Shown: positions 12,111 through 23,262, numbered from the stretch's first letter. The stretch: DNA of 64,000 nt from an uncultured Verrucomicrobiae bacterium (GCA_963702845.1 OY969763.1:832001-896000); one strand, 5' to 3'. Notes: generated by a model not told the origin, from the letters alone. Program-made: numbers and translations.

Positions 12111-12830
12111 ATGAAGATATTTCACGCGTCATTAATTAGCGCGACGGTGTTCGTAATGGTTGTCGGCTGCAAATCGTCCTGCAAGGACGTCTCGTCCGAA
12201 CCAAGCGGCGCTGCCGTCGGTTCGTCCGTCATCACTGTCAGTTCTCCGGTCACTGTCAGCTCACCCATTACAGTCAGTTCGCCGGTCAGCAGCACAGCCA
12301 ACCAAAAGGGCGAGTTCCTTTTCGTGCAAAACGCCAAAGACGTGAGCTTCGACAAAGGAACAATGACGTTGCACGAGGTTAATCCGGTCACTGTCTGTTT
12401 CACTGATCGGCCCGAGCGTATCGCCGGACATATGCCGACGGCGAATATGATTCCGATGTGGTCGGAAGGAAAAGACAGCTTCTTGCACGATCCGCCGAAC
12501 GCCACTCTCTCGCTGGTCGGGGAAACCAATGCAAACAAAGTTTCTGATGTCGTGATGGTGCTTAGCAATCCTCGTATGTCAGGCAGCGACTTGACCTACG
12601 ACATCCGCGTGTTGGAAGGAACTCCTCCGGCACACGGCAGCGATTGTTCGCTGTTTATCGACATTATCGGAATGCCACTGACGCCGTATTCCTATGCCGG
12701 CGCAGCTCGCCGTGCTTACCGAAGCGGTTACATGCATCCAGGTTACATGTATCCAGGCGCTTACGGCCCCGCGTTTGTTCCAGTCGCGCCAGTTGCAGTC
12801 GGGCCCTTGGGCCGGCCGTATTTGCGCTGA
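12111..12830 (+). CDS. Hypothetical lipoprotein
   Basis: Lipobox VVGC; (I/V)TVSSP x3 linker; conserved-looking core LFVQNA..FTDRPERIAGHM..W..G.DSF..DPPNATLS. Confidence 0.7.
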   Translation: MKIFHASLISATVFVMVVGCKSSCKDVSSEPSGAAVGSSVITVSSPVTVSSPITVSSPVSSTANQKGEFLFVQNAKDVSFDKGTMTLHEVNPVTVCFTDRPERIAGHMPTANMIPMWSEGKDSFLHDPPNATLSLVGETNANKVSDVVMVLSNPRMSGSDLTYDIRVLEGTPPAHGSDCSLFIDIIGMPLTPYSYAGAARRAYRSGYMHPGYMYPGAYGPAFVPVAPVAVGPLGRPYLR

Positions 12831-12962
12831 GCAAACAACAGGATTAAAAATTTCCTCACCGTGCGGACGAGGGCTGGGATGAGCGTTCGCTCCAACTGCA
12901 TCGTTACGAATTAGAGCGATTGCCAAAATTGATTTCCGGAATGGCTGCTGACGTCTGTCATC

Positions 12963-13078
12963 GGGGGCTGGAGGTTTGAAGGGGGGCCGTAGCCCCAAAG
13001 GGGCGACTCAATAACAGCCCAGGGCAACGCCCTGGGAAACGGGATGGCGCACCAAATTATAAGCCCTGAAAGGGCGTC
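12963..13078. repeat. REP cluster downstream of the RAYT gene
   Basis: AGCCCCAAAGGGGCG, CCCAGGGCAACGCCCTGGG and AGCCCTGAAAGGGCG palindromes. Confidence 0.85.
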
Positions 13079-13531
13079 CTAATCCCAAACGTATCGTTCA
13101 TCAAACGCAACGTTGTGCCGCTCCAGAAATGACCGGTATTCTTCCTGAAAAGATTTCTTCCGATGATGTTCCTGTTGATTGGCGATGTATTCTCGCACCA
13201 CCGGAACGTTCGACTCGGAAACGGCGAACGCACCATATCCGGCCTGCCATGCGAATGCGGCAAATTCATTTCCCTCGGTCTTGATCCATCTGGACGAAGT
13301 CTTTTTTACTTCCTCGACTGCATTGGCGACGGAGACGGTCCGGCCGAGTTCAAAAAGGATATGGGTTTGATCGGCCACCGAGTTAATGAGCACGGGTGGA
13401 CAATCGAAATTTTGCAGGACGGTCGCCATGTAGCGATGGAGTGAATCGTGGACATGGTCATGGATGAAGGGTTCGCGGTTCTTCGTGCTAAAAATCAGGT
13501 GGATGTGCAGGCTCGCGAGCGATTGAGGCAT
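13079..13531 (-). mobile_element. tnpA: IS200/IS605-like HUH (Y1) transposase, REP-associated (RAYT-type)
   Basis: HIHLIFSTKNREP, DQTHIL at the HUH position, WQAGYGAFAVS, YIANQ..HH; flanked by inverted REP clusters. Confidence 0.88.
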
Positions 13532-13584
13532 TGGTTGATGTCACGGTGCATAAAATCGTTTTACGCGCCAAGCAAAGAATAGGA

Positions 13585-13978
13585 CGCCCTTTCAGGGCTT
13601 AAATTCGTTTGCGGCGTTTTAAACCCAGGGCGTTGCCCTGGGCTGGGGTTGAGCCGCGCCGTTGGCGCTGTAGACTTTTCCAGGGTGCTGGAGGTTTGAA
13701 GAGGGGCCTTGAAGGGGGGGGGCGGGGAAGCCCCAAAGGGGCGACTCAATACAGCCGAGGGCAACGCCCTGGGAAACGGGATCGCACCAAATTATAAGCC
13801 CTGAAAGGGCGTCCTAATCCCGAAGCCGGAGATTTGAAAGGGCGCCGGGGAGCCCCGAATGGGCGATTCAATACCGCCCGGGGCAACGCCCCGGGGAAAA
13901 CCGTCACGCGAATAGTTGAGCCCTGAAAGGGCGTCCTAATCCCGAACGTATCGTTCATCAAACGCAACGTTGTGCCGT
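13585..13978. repeat. REP cluster upstream of the RAYT gene (one inverted set plus two forward units, the last carrying RAYT 3'-end sequence)
   Basis: CGCCCTTTCAGGGCT, CCCAGGGCGTTGCCCTGGG, CGCCGTTGGCGCT, then repeats of the 12963-13078 unit. Confidence 0.85.
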
Positions 13979-14017
13979 CGTCGTCCCTTTTAACCTTTTA
14001 ACCGTGGCCGGAGAAAT

Positions 14018-14070
14018 TCATTTCTTCGGAAACAGGAACGTGATGTCAAAGCGCGAGCCCCAGTCCGGAC
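14018..14070 (-). pseudogene. Duplicated 3' tip of the 15893-16798 outer-membrane protein gene
   Basis: Encodes PDWGSRFDITFLFPKK* versus PDWGLRFDVTFLFPKK*; same downstream GCCGGAGAAATT and TTTAACC tract. Confidence 0.8.
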
Positions 14071-14397
14071 TTCGCCCCACGCTGGTTGCCGGGTCCAAGC
14101 GATGACGGGTCCGCAGTGAAGCTTGGAACGTTGCCGGAACCGCCCACAGAATCAATAAATCTCCCCGTCGCGCCGCGGCGCAAGGAATCAGCGAGGCTGA
14201 ACAATCGGTTAGTGGTAATAGTAACAAACCTGCCGTCAGCACAACCATCGCGATTTTTCGCACCGTAGTCCTGCTACAAAATACGGCAAACCGCGATGCC
14301 CATGCCATCCATGTCCAGCTTGCCGAATTACCCATAAGCGCAGAAAACTTCCGCAGTCGTTTAATTGACTCGCAAAGCATGTCGGATAAGGAATTAG

Positions 14398-15141
14398 ATG
14401 AAGTCGAACTACAGTTTAAAATTTGCCGAAAAAAACGCACGCCAGCGGCCGAACCGCGAGTCGCGGCGCGCCGCACCGCACAAGCGTCGAAAGATAATCA
14501 ACGCATGCGTCTCGTTGGTCTTAGGCCTTTTTGCCGGCAATCGTGTGTTTGCGGATGAAGCAGTCATTAGTTCGCAACCAAGATTTGATATTGATTCCTG
14601 TCGATCTGTTTGGACTTGCGATGTCGGGGACGGCTTTCGAAAACACGCAACCGAAGTTGGAATTAGCGGTGGCTACGGAATTGGTTTGCTCGCGCTCGCA
14701 TCAGAACAGCGCCACGATCTGGTCCTGGCCGATGTGCATATTGGGACAATGCTGAGTGGGCTTGTGGCCAAAGACCATTTCTGGCGAGGCAATTGGGAAT
14801 TGCTCGGGCAACTATTCGGAGGTGAGCAGATCAAACCGCGCAATGCCTACGTGGTTGGTGCGGCACCGTTGCTCCGTTACAATTTTGCGACCGGCACGCG
14901 TTTGGTTCCGTTCATCACCGGCGGAGCCGGGGTGTCGTTGACCGATATCCGGCATCCGGACTTAGGCTCGGACTTCGAATTCAATTTGCAAGGCGGAGTC
15001 GGAGCGCATTGGTTTTTCAAACGCAACGTATCAGCGATGTTGGAAGGACGCTGGTTGCACTTGTCCAACGCCGGAATCGATGAACCCAACAATGGTGTGA
15101 ACACGATAATGATCTACCTGGGCGCGAATTGGTTCTTTTAG
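14398..15141 (+). CDS. Acyloxyacyl hydrolase / PagL-like lipid A deacylase beta-barrel
   Basis: PLLRYNF, F.FNLQGGVG, WLHLSNAGI..PNNGVN (PagL-type HxSN motif), terminal Phe; exact start uncertain. Confidence 0.75.
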   Translation: MKSNYSLKFAEKNARQRPNRESRRAAPHKRRKIINACVSLVLGLFAGNRVFADEAVISSQPRFDIDSCRSVWTCDVGDGFRKHATEVGISGGYGIGLLALASEQRHDLVLADVHIGTMLSGLVAKDHFWRGNWELLGQLFGGEQIKPRNAYVVGAAPLLRYNFATGTRLVPFITGGAGVSLTDIRHPDLGSDFEFNLQGGVGAHWFFKRNVSAMLEGRWLHLSNAGIDEPNNGVNTIMIYLGANWFF

Positions 15142-15260
15142 AATTCTGCAGACAAGGTTTCAAGGGGCGGAAAATGTTGTAAGGCTTGTATGGTCCGCTG
15201 AAGGGGTAAACGAGATGAACTCGGGTTTTCCAAAACGGTCGATGCAGAAACGATGCAAAT

Positions 15261-15485
15261 TTCTTCGACGGCTGCATTGGCGACGGAGACAGTCCGGCCG
15301 AGTTCAAAAAGGATATGGGTTTGATCGGCCACCGAGTTAATGAGCACGGGTGGACAATCGAAATTTTACAGGACGGTCGCGATGTAGCGATGGAGTGAAT
15401 CGCGGACACGGTCATGGATGAAGGGTTCGCGGTTCTTCGTGCTAAAAATCAGATGGATGTGCAGGCGCGCGAGCGATTCAGGCAT
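15261..15485 (-). pseudogene. Truncated second RAYT copy
   Basis: Near-identical to 13308-13531; CAA>TAA nonsense change near 15367; truncated after ..AAVEE. Confidence 0.9.
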
Positions 15486-15538
15486 TGGTTGATTGTCACG
15501 GTGCATAAAATCGTTTTACGCGCCAAGCAAAGAATAGG

Positions 15539-15878
15539 ACGCCCTTTCAGGGCTTAAATTCGTTTGCGGCGTTTTAAACCCAGGGCGTTGCCCTGGGCTG
15601 GGTTGAGCCGCGCCGTTGGCGCTGGAAGGATTTCGTTCCGCAGTGTGAGTGTTGGGGCGGCCGTTGGCGCTTTAGGCTTTTCTATGGGGCTGGAGGTTTG
15701 AAGGGGGGGCCGTAGCCCCAAAGGGGCGATTCAATGCAGCCCAGGGCAACGCCCTGGGAAACGGCATCGCACCAAATTATAAGCCCTGAAAGGGCATCCT
15801 AATCCCAAACGTATCGTTCATCAAACGCAACGTCGTCCCTTTTCACCTTTAACCTTTTAACCTTTTAACCTTTTAACC
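15539..15878. repeat. REP cluster plus RAYT 3'-end fragment and (TTTTAACC)n tract
   Basis: Same units as 13585-14003. Confidence 0.85.
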
Positions 15879-15892
15879 GTCGCCGGAGAAAT

Positions 15893-16798
15893 TTATTTTT
15901 TCGGGAACAGGAACGTGACGTCAAAGCGCAAACCCCAATCCGGACCGCCACTGGGTTTGTCGGCGTAATAGCGATAGCCGAACTGGAAGGCCACGGGAAG
16001 TTTGCAGATCTTTACCAACTGCTGAACAGAAAAGTTCAGCGGCACGGTCCACTCGCTGTTTTCCCAGTTGTAAGTCGATTCGGTGTTCACCCCATAGGTG
16101 GTTTTTTTCTTTGTCGTGTAGGTAAGGAAGGGTTGAAGGAAAGTGGAGTTGACGGCCGTATCACCCCAGCCCGCGTAGGACCAGATATGATTGGCTAGAA
16201 TCCCGTAAGTCCAACCGTGTTGCTGCCGCAGTACCACGATGGTCGGGCCCGCACCCCATTTGCCGGCGCCCAGCACGCTGTCGGTTGCGGTGGGATAATA
16301 CAACACCGGCCCGGCTCCAATGACCCAACCGCAGACCGGTTTTTTCGGGGAGAGAAAGAAGCTCTGCGTGGTGTCACCCAAACCGGAGTGACTTTCCCGG
16401 GCGACGGCAGGAGCCAACGGATTGTTGTCCACCGCATCCAGATGGATCACCGGGACGATGGTGCGAATGATGACGTTATAATTCGAGCTGATGGAAACCG
16501 GAATGACCGGTTGGAACTTGAGTGTGTATTCCATCGCGTGGGCCGGGCCGATGCCGAAGTCCCAGTTGTTCTGGAAGGGCACGCTGATGAGATCGGCGAC
16601 GGGGTTTTGAAGTTTCTTGGCCAACTCGGCATCCTTATCCTCCTCACCGCCACCGCCGGCAGGAGCTGCTTCGGCGGCCGCAAGGTTGAGCCTAAGCGGA
16701 TGATAGAAGCCTGATTCAGTTTGCGCGTAGGCACCGGTGGCGCCGAGCGCGCAAACTAGGGCGGCGACGACGACGCTAAATTTCAGTGTGGTTTTCAT
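15893..16798 (-). CDS. Putative outer-membrane beta-barrel/transporter often found near sulfatases
   Basis: Signal peptide; LAKKLQNPVADLISVPFQNN, QPVIP, GLGDT; terminal FLFPKK. Confidence 0.7.
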   Translation of the reverse strand: MKTTLKFSVVVAALVCALGATGAYAQTESGFYHPLRLNLAAAEAAPAGGGGEEDKDAELAKKLQNPVADLISVPFQNNWDFGIGPAHAMEYTLKFQPVIPVSISSNYNVIIRTIVPVIHLDAVDNNPLAPAVARESHSGLGDTTQSFFLSPKKPVCGWVIGAGPVLYYPTATDSVLGAGKWGAGPTIVVLRQQHGWTYGILANHIWSYAGWGDTAVNSTFLQPFLTYTTKKKTTYGVNTESTYNWENSEWTVPLNFSVQQLVKICKLPVAFQFGYRYYADKPSGGPDWGLRFDVTFLFPKK

Positions 16799-17305
16799 TA
16801 TTGCAGTTTAGCTGCTTATGGTTTTCAGAATCTGACCAGTTTGATGTTCGACAACTCCCAGTCCGTGAATCTAAAGCGGTAGCCAGTTGCGGGGGCCGTG
16901 GTCGTCGCTATGATCGCTTTTGGCAAGCCTAACAGTTCGTTACCGTTTCGTTCCATCGGGCGAAACGGGTTTTCCGGATCAGAGAAATCCTTACAGCTTT
17001 TTCAGTTTGCTCGATATTAGACTATCGAATGTCCCGTCTCCCGGTCTCGCCAATCAGTAAGTTAGGAATGACGCCTGCTCCTTGGGAAAGATTCGCTCAA
17101 CGTAGTCCTCGTCCTGGTCCTCGTCGGTCCACGCTGGTCGCAGAGTCCAAGCGGTGACGGACCCGCCGTGAAGCCGGGATTCATCTCCACTAAAATCTTG
17201 AGCTCAGCGGAAACTATCGGATGTTCCTTTAGAAGCTCCTGAACGCCCTTTCGCTGTGGCGTGGCGGGCGATACTCCAAGCCCGCAAATGTTTGGACAGG
17301 CATAA

Positions 17306-18655
17306 ATGAAAGCGCATGGTTTCTTTTCGCCGCCGGTTTTCGATGATGAAGAACAAACGCGCAGTGCCTGGCTGCTCCACGTGGCGCTGATCACCATAAT
17401 GCTCGTCGTTATCGTCGAGTTGATTATTTCCATCTTTGTTCTTCCTGAAAACTGGGGACGCTGGCTGATGTTTATCACGATCATTGGCAGCACGAATCTG
17501 ACCTTGCTGTGGTTCAATCAGCGGGGACACGTACGAGGAGCGAGCGTTGCCTCGCTGGGAGTGTTTTGGGTTGTGGTGACGAGCGCCGCCCTGACTGAGG
17601 GAGGGGTGCGATCTCCCGCATCCTTAGGTTATCTGATCATCATTCTCCTCGCGGGTTTGTTATTTAATGAAAAGATCGGTGCCGGCGTGGGAGTGGCTTG
17701 CGCGCTCACGAGTTTGTCTCTGGCTATTTCAGAAAAAACGAACCATTTGCCCCAAAGCGCGGTGAACCACGGGCCGATGAGTTATTGGTTGGCACAAATG
17801 ATTTTCATGGGAGTGGCCGTTGGCGTCCAATTCATGGCCACGCACAGCATCAAATGCGCCCTTGAAAAAGCCCGACGGGAATTGGCCGGACGAAAGCAGG
17901 CGGAAGAGGCTTTGCGCCGGTCGAACGAGGAACTGGAACAGCGCGTCCAGGAACGGACCGAAGAACTGCAACTTGCCAACGAAGAATTAAAAAGTTTTTC
18001 CTATTCTGTGTCACACGATTTGCGCGGGCCGTTGGCCGCCATTTCAGGATTCTCCGATATATTGCTGGAGGATCACCGTCACGAACTCTCTGCCGATGCG
18101 CAGGATATGCTGGACAGAATCCGCAGCAGCTCCCGCCGGATGGACCAGTTGACTTCGGATCTTTTGAAGCTGGCGCGCCTGGGAAATCAGCCACTGGCTG
18201 TCGCGACCGTCGACGTCCATACAATGGTGGAGGAAGCAATCCGAGAACTACGCATTGAACACAAAGAACGAAGTGTAGATTTTCGGGTTGATGCACTACC
18301 TGAGTGCATGGGCGATGCGTCGTTGCTCAAGCAAGTGCTCGTCAACTTGCTTTCCAACGCCTTGAAATTTACCGGTCGCTGTGAAAAGGCGAGAATTGAA
18401 GTGGGCAGTTTCCGGAAAGATTTGGAAACGGTTTATTTTGTTCGCGACAACGGAGCCGGCTTCGACGTGAAGCAGGCCAGCCGCCTCTTTCGAGTTTTCC
18501 AGCGATTGCACAGTCAGAACGATTACCGAGGATCGGGCATCGGTCTGACGATCGTGAAACGCATCATCGATCGACACAAGGGACGAATCTGGGCTGAAGG
18601 GGTTGTAGGACAGGGCGCCACTTTTTATTTTACGTTACCGCAGCCTCAACGATAG
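17306..18655 (+). CDS. Membrane sensor histidine kinase
   Basis: About 6 TM segments, SYSVSHDLRGPL H-box, NLLSNALKF, DNGAGF, GSGIGL. Confidence 0.92.
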   Translation: MKAHGFFSPPVFDDEEQTRSAWLLHVALITIMLVVIVELIISIFVLPENWGRWLMFITIIGSTNLTLLWFNQRGHVRGASVASLGVFWVVVTSAALTEGGVRSPASLGYLIIILLAGLLFNEKIGAGVGVACALTSLSLAISEKTNHLPQSAVNHGPMSYWLAQMIFMGVAVGVQFMATHSIKCALEKARRELAGRKQAEEALRRSNEELEQRVQERTEELQLANEELKSFSYSVSHDLRGPLAAISGFSDILLEDHRHELSADAQDMLDRIRSSSRRMDQLTSDLLKLARLGNQPLAVATVDVHTMVEEAIRELRIEHKERSVDFRVDALPECMGDASLLKQVLVNLLSNALKFTGRCEKARIEVGSFRKDLETVYFVRDNGAGFDVKQASRLFRVFQRLHSQNDYRGSGIGLTIVKRIIDRHKGRIWAEGVVGQGATFYFTLPQPQR

Positions 18656-18714
18656 CAGCGGCGACGCGGTCAACCATGGGATTGGCCGCGTCGGCTTCGG
18701 CTTCGATTGATTGA

Positions 18715-21210
18715 TCATTGCCCCGCGTTGATGGCGGTCTGCGTTCCCTCTTTGAGGAGCTTGTCCTCCGCAGCAGTCCTCCGCGGCTCTTCCAACTTGA
18801 TCGTCAGCTTGTCTAGGCTGCCGGTGAACGGGAACGGCACATGGTAGTCGTTGTCATTCACCCCATAGCGAGTGTCTACCCCAATGTCGAAAGACTCGTC
18901 CATTGAGACCAGAAACGGAATGGTGTGTTGCAATTGTTTCGTGTCGACTTCCTTGCCGTCGACCGACAGAACCCCGGTGCCACCCTTGCCAAAACCTTTG
19001 CCATCGTATCTGAAGTCAAACGCAACTGTGTGCCTTCCGGGCCCGAGCGCCTCCGGGGATTCCCATCGGGTTTTTTCCCCCGTGAGTTGTACGTAGGTGA
19101 AGACAGGCTTGCCCTTTACCAGATAGAGTCCATAGCCGCCGAATGCGCCTCCGATCGTATTGAGCATCCCCTCAGCACCGTCGCGCGGTATCTCCACCTC
19201 AGCCGTGATGGAGTAAGACTTGTTGAGAGTATTGGGTGCGCTGCCTTCGGGCGTGCCAGACACTTCTCCGGAGTAAGTAAACACCGTCTTGCCTGCTGTC
19301 GGGCTTGGTCGCGGTGCGAGAGCGCGCTGAAGCACATTGTTGTCGAGCGGAAATACATTGTTCTTCGATGCCTCGACCAGGAAGAGTTCCTGCATCTCAC
19401 GGAGTTTGTCAGGCATCCTGGAAGCGAGGTCGTTGGCCTCAGAATAGTCCTCGGTGATGTTGTAAAGCTCCCATTTGTAGCCGTCCACCACGTTCGGCAT
19501 TTTGCCCATACCCATCAACCACGGGCCCGCAGGCGGCGTCGTCGCGGCGAGCCAGCCATCATGATAGATCGCCCGATTGCCCATCATTTCGAAAAACTGC
19601 GTCTTGCGCTTCGACGGGGCGCTCGCGTTGGCGTTGTCGAACGTGTAAACCATGCTCACGCCTTCGATAGGTTTCTGCGCGATGCCATCGACCATATTCG
19701 GTGCCGGAACGCCGGCCGCTTCGAGTATGGTCGGTACGATATCGATGAAATGGTGGAACTGCGTGCGGATGCCGCCCAGGTCCGTGATATGACCGGGCCA
19801 TGAAATGGCCATGCCTTGTCGAGTGCCGCCGAAGTGCGACGCGATCTGCTTCGTCCACTTGAACGGCGTGTCAAATGCCCAGGCCCACGCTACCGCCATA
19901 TGCGGTTGCGTTTTGTCCGAACCCCAGGCGTCGTAATACTTCATCTGGTCGGCGACCGGCATAGTAATGGCTTCAAGAGCAGCCATGTCAAAAGGCGTTC
20001 CGACCAGCGAACCTTCCGCGCTCGTCCCATTGTCGCCGCAGATATAGATGACCAATGTGTTGTCGAGTTTGCCCTCAGCTTGGATTTCCTGGATCACTCT
20101 GCCGATTTCATGGTCGGTATACGCGGCGTAAGCGGCAAAGACATCAGCTTGGCGAATGAAGAGTTTTTTCTCCTCGTCGGAAAGCGTGTCCCATTTCGCG
20201 AGTTTGGCTCCTCCGTATTCGGGCTGTCCATCCGGCCAGGGCGTGAGCTTGGCATTCGCCGGGATCACGCCGAGCCGCTTCTGATTGGCAAAAATCTGCT
20301 CGCGCAAATCGTTCCAGCCCTTGTCGAACAGATGCATGTCGCTGATCTTCTTGATCCACTCCGGCGTCGGCTGATGCGGCGCGTGCGAGCCGCCGGGGGC
20401 GTAATAGACAAAAAACGGTTGATCGGGCGAGGCGGCGTTCAGTCCCCTGATGTGCTTTATCGCCTCGTCAGCCATACCGGTGGTGAGGTTGTACTTGGGG
20501 TTCTCGACCCACGGAAAAATCTGGGTGTGATCCCGGAAAAGCCACGGCCTCCACTGGTCGGTCTCGCCGCCCATAAAGCCGTAAAAATATTGGAAGCCCA
20601 TTCCGCTCGGCCATTGATCGAAGGGTCCCGCCAAACTGTATTGGTAGCCCGGCGTATTGTGATTCTTGCCGAACCACGAAGTCGAATATCCATTCTCGGC
20701 GAGGATTTTGCCGATGGCTTCGTTGTCCCGCCCAATGATGGCATCATATCCCGGATAGCCGGTGGATTGCTCGGCGATCACACCAAATCCGACCGAGTGA
20801 TGGTTGCGTCCGGTAAGTAGTGCCGCTCGTGAGGGCGAGCAGAGCGAGGTGGAATGGAACTGCGTATATCGAAGCCCGGCCTTTGCAATCCGGTCCAGCG
20901 TTGGCGTCGGGATGACACCGCCGAAGGTGCTGGAAATACCGTAGCCCTGATCGTCCGTCATGATGAGGAGCACGTTGGGAGCGCCCTTGGGCGGCACGAC
21001 GCGTGGCGGCCAATACGGCTTGGAATCTTTGGCATCAAGGCCGATCTGCCCGCCGAATTTCGGTGCCGGGTTCGGCACGACCTTCCCGTCAACGGTCGTG
21101 GTGGCGTTTGCCGCACCCGGCCTGCCGGTGATTTGCTGACCCTGTGCGAATGCCATAGTCGCCATCAAGGCAGCTACGAAGATACCACTGAAGATGTGGT
21201 TGTTTTTCAT
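18715..21210 (-). CDS. Arylsulfatase (Cys-type) with C-terminal extension
   Basis: PNVLLIMTDDQG, CSPSRAALLTGR (CxPxR), GKNH, GDNG; signal peptide. Confidence 0.93.
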   Translation of the reverse strand: MKNNHIFSGIFVAALMATMAFAQGQQITGRPGAANATTTVDGKVVPNPAPKFGGQIGLDAKDSKPYWPPRVVPPKGAPNVLLIMTDDQGYGISSTFGGVIPTPTLDRIAKAGLRYTQFHSTSLCSPSRAALLTGRNHHSVGFGVIAEQSTGYPGYDAIIGRDNEAIGKILAENGYSTSWFGKNHNTPGYQYSLAGPFDQWPSGMGFQYFYGFMGGETDQWRPWLFRDHTQIFPWVENPKYNLTTGMADEAIKHIRGLNAASPDQPFFVYYAPGGSHAPHQPTPEWIKKISDMHLFDKGWNDLREQIFANQKRLGVIPANAKLTPWPDGQPEYGGAKLAKWDTLSDEEKKLFIRQADVFAAYAAYTDHEIGRVIQEIQAEGKLDNTLVIYICGDNGTSAEGSLVGTPFDMAALEAITMPVADQMKYYDAWGSDKTQPHMAVAWAWAFDTPFKWTKQIASHFGGTRQGMAISWPGHITDLGGIRTQFHHFIDIVPTILEAAGVPAPNMVDGIAQKPIEGVSMVYTFDNANASAPSKRKTQFFEMMGNRAIYHDGWLAATTPPAGPWLMGMGKMPNVVDGYKWELYNITEDYSEANDLASRMPDKLREMQELFLVEASKNNVFPLDNNVLQRALAPRPSPTAGKTVFTYSGEVSGTPEGSAPNTLNKSYSITAEVEIPRDGAEGMLNTIGGAFGGYGLYLVKGKPVFTYVQLTGEKTRWESPEALGPGRHTVAFDFRYDGKGFGKGGTGVLSVDGKEVDTKQLQHTIPFLVSMDESFDIGVDTRYGVNDNDYHVPFPFTGSLDKLTIKLEEPRRTAAEDKLLKEGTQTAINAGQ

Positions 21211-21317
21211 AGTTTTGATTCCCCAAGTAAGTGAAAGCCACCGCGAAGTGAGTTTGCGGCGGGGAAGATTTTTTTAGATAGTTCATTCAACGAGTTCGTG
21301 AAAGAAGTGTTGTTGTT

Positions 21318-22906
21318 TCACGGCCTCTCCTTCTTTTGCTCCTCGTGCGATTTGCGCTCGGCGCCCGCAGCGGACGGAAGGACTTGGCCACCCGCCTTCG
21401 CGACGACCGGTGGCTGCCAGGAGCCGTCGAGGACGGCCTGGTCAGGCCAATAGTCGCGGATCCAAACCGAAAATTCTCCAGTCGGCGCGGGCAGCCAGTT
21501 GGATTCCTTCTCCTGGCCGGGCGATTGGTTCCCGACATAGAGGGTCAGGCTCCCATCGTTGTTGTACTTCAGCGATTTGTTTTTGGTGCCGAGCGCGTAG
21601 CGATTCAGGTCGTTCGCGTAGAAGAGGTGTTCGGGGTTGTAGACCGTCAATGACCAGAAGCCCTTCGTCGGTGGCAGTTGGTCTTTGGGAAAGGTGATGG
21701 AGTACGACGACTCGCCGACAAGCGGCTGCCCCTGCGTGTCGTTGGCGGTATAGTAATAGACCGTCTCGTTGCGCTTGTTGGCGTAGGGGTAAGCCTTCAC
21801 TGCACCCATACGGTGGATGTAGTCTGTGCCAAACGCGGCGTTGTTGGTCGCCGCTGTCCAACCGTTTCCCGCGGGCTGGCCGTTGTAGCGCCACTGCATC
21901 ATTGGCGCGACCATTTCCTTGTCCGTCGCCAAAGCAGTTTCCCGCAGCGTATTCATGACTTCCGGGTTTTTCGCGGCGGCATCGAGCAGGTTGCCGATCC
22001 CCTCGTAAAGCGACTCTTCTCCGGGCATCGGAGGCACTTGCTTCATGACGGTCGCGAGTTGATCGAAGAACGTCGCCGGGTCAACCCAAGGCGGTTGCTT
22101 GGTCGAATACTCGGGCCGGGCCTTTTCTTCTGGCATCGGGGGTTGAGGGAGCGTGCTCCAGTCTATGGTCTTCATTTTCCCGTCGAATTTGCTGAGCGGG
22201 TAGACCTGAATTTGGGTCAGCGCGGGCTGGATGGCCGCGCGATCCTTGGCCGTTGCATCCATGAAGATGCGCGGCATCGTCACCGCGAAGTCGGTGGTCG
22301 AGCGCAAGACGCCGGCAATGCCGTCCGGGGTTGCGCCTTTCCAGTGCGGCCCCACCACCATGTAGAAACCGGGCTTGGTCCCGTATTGCAACCCAAGCTC
22401 GCTGATTCGCTCGTGCGCGCGTCGTAAACCGGGAACGTCCAGAACCGATCACCAAAGTCGGGCACTTGAAGGACCACCGGTTCTTCTGCGAGAGACAGCC
22501 AGCCCAACCCGTAGACGACATCCTGGTTTGGGATCGGGATGAATTTCTCCCTGGGATCGACGTAATTGGTCAGCATCACGACCTGATTCATCGGGCCAAC
22601 CGGCATGACGCCGGCGACGAGAGCCGTTTTGGGAGCCTTTGTGAGCGCCGTCCGTTGGTTATCGACATAGACGAGAGGCCAACCCCAAACGTAGGCCATG
22701 CGGCCCATCATCTGCACAGACGCCTTGGTCATCGGACCGGCTGCGGGACCCGGAACTTCCGCGGCGGTCTGCGGAATGGGGACTTGCACACCGGATGACC
22801 GGGTGTCGGCGGTGATTGGATTCGGATTTTGCTGCGCCTGCGCAGTCGTGAATGCCAGCGCGCCAACTAGCGCGATGGCAGGGAAGATTTTTTTAATAGC
22901 ATTCAT
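21318..22906 (-). CDS. DUF1254/DUF1214 domain protein, one base missing near 22405
   Basis: ORF 22280-22906 (AYVWGWPLV, PNQDVVYG, VPDFGDRFW) continues in ORF 21318-22391 (QYGTKPG, GFWSLTVY, NWLPAP); adding one base at GAA-TC restores the frame. Confidence 0.85.
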
Positions 22907-23262
22907 AGCACATTGCTCCCGTTTGACTCAGTCACCGCACTTTTTCGAGAGACCCTGTAGTAAAGATCAAGGACCGGCGGGGTTGAACCTCGTTCTCATA
23001 GTGACACGCTAGGCCTTCTCAGTGTTTTTCGAATATTGAGAGAATTGTTTTTTGGGCTGAGAGAAAGTCGCACGGCTTCAAGATTGAAGCCGTAGACAAT
23101 TTACCCATCGGAGGCGCGTTCAAATTTCAGCGGCCACTCAGCCAAACCCCTTTCCGTCATCACGTGAAAATCTCCGTAGGAAAAAGTTTTCCTGAGTGGA
23201 AGGTACTTCGAGCGGTTCGTATCAATACCGCAAAATAATTCACAACTTTACCCCTTACGCTT

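Noticed and set aside
12963..13978. Repeat cluster considered as a CRISPR array
   Set aside because: Units are palindromic REPs in both orientations with conserved rather than unique spacers; no cas genes are present
14018..14476. 152-aa ORF ending in FLFPKK
   Set aside because: Only the last ~16 codons are homologous to the OMP gene; the rest is a chance open frame across repeats
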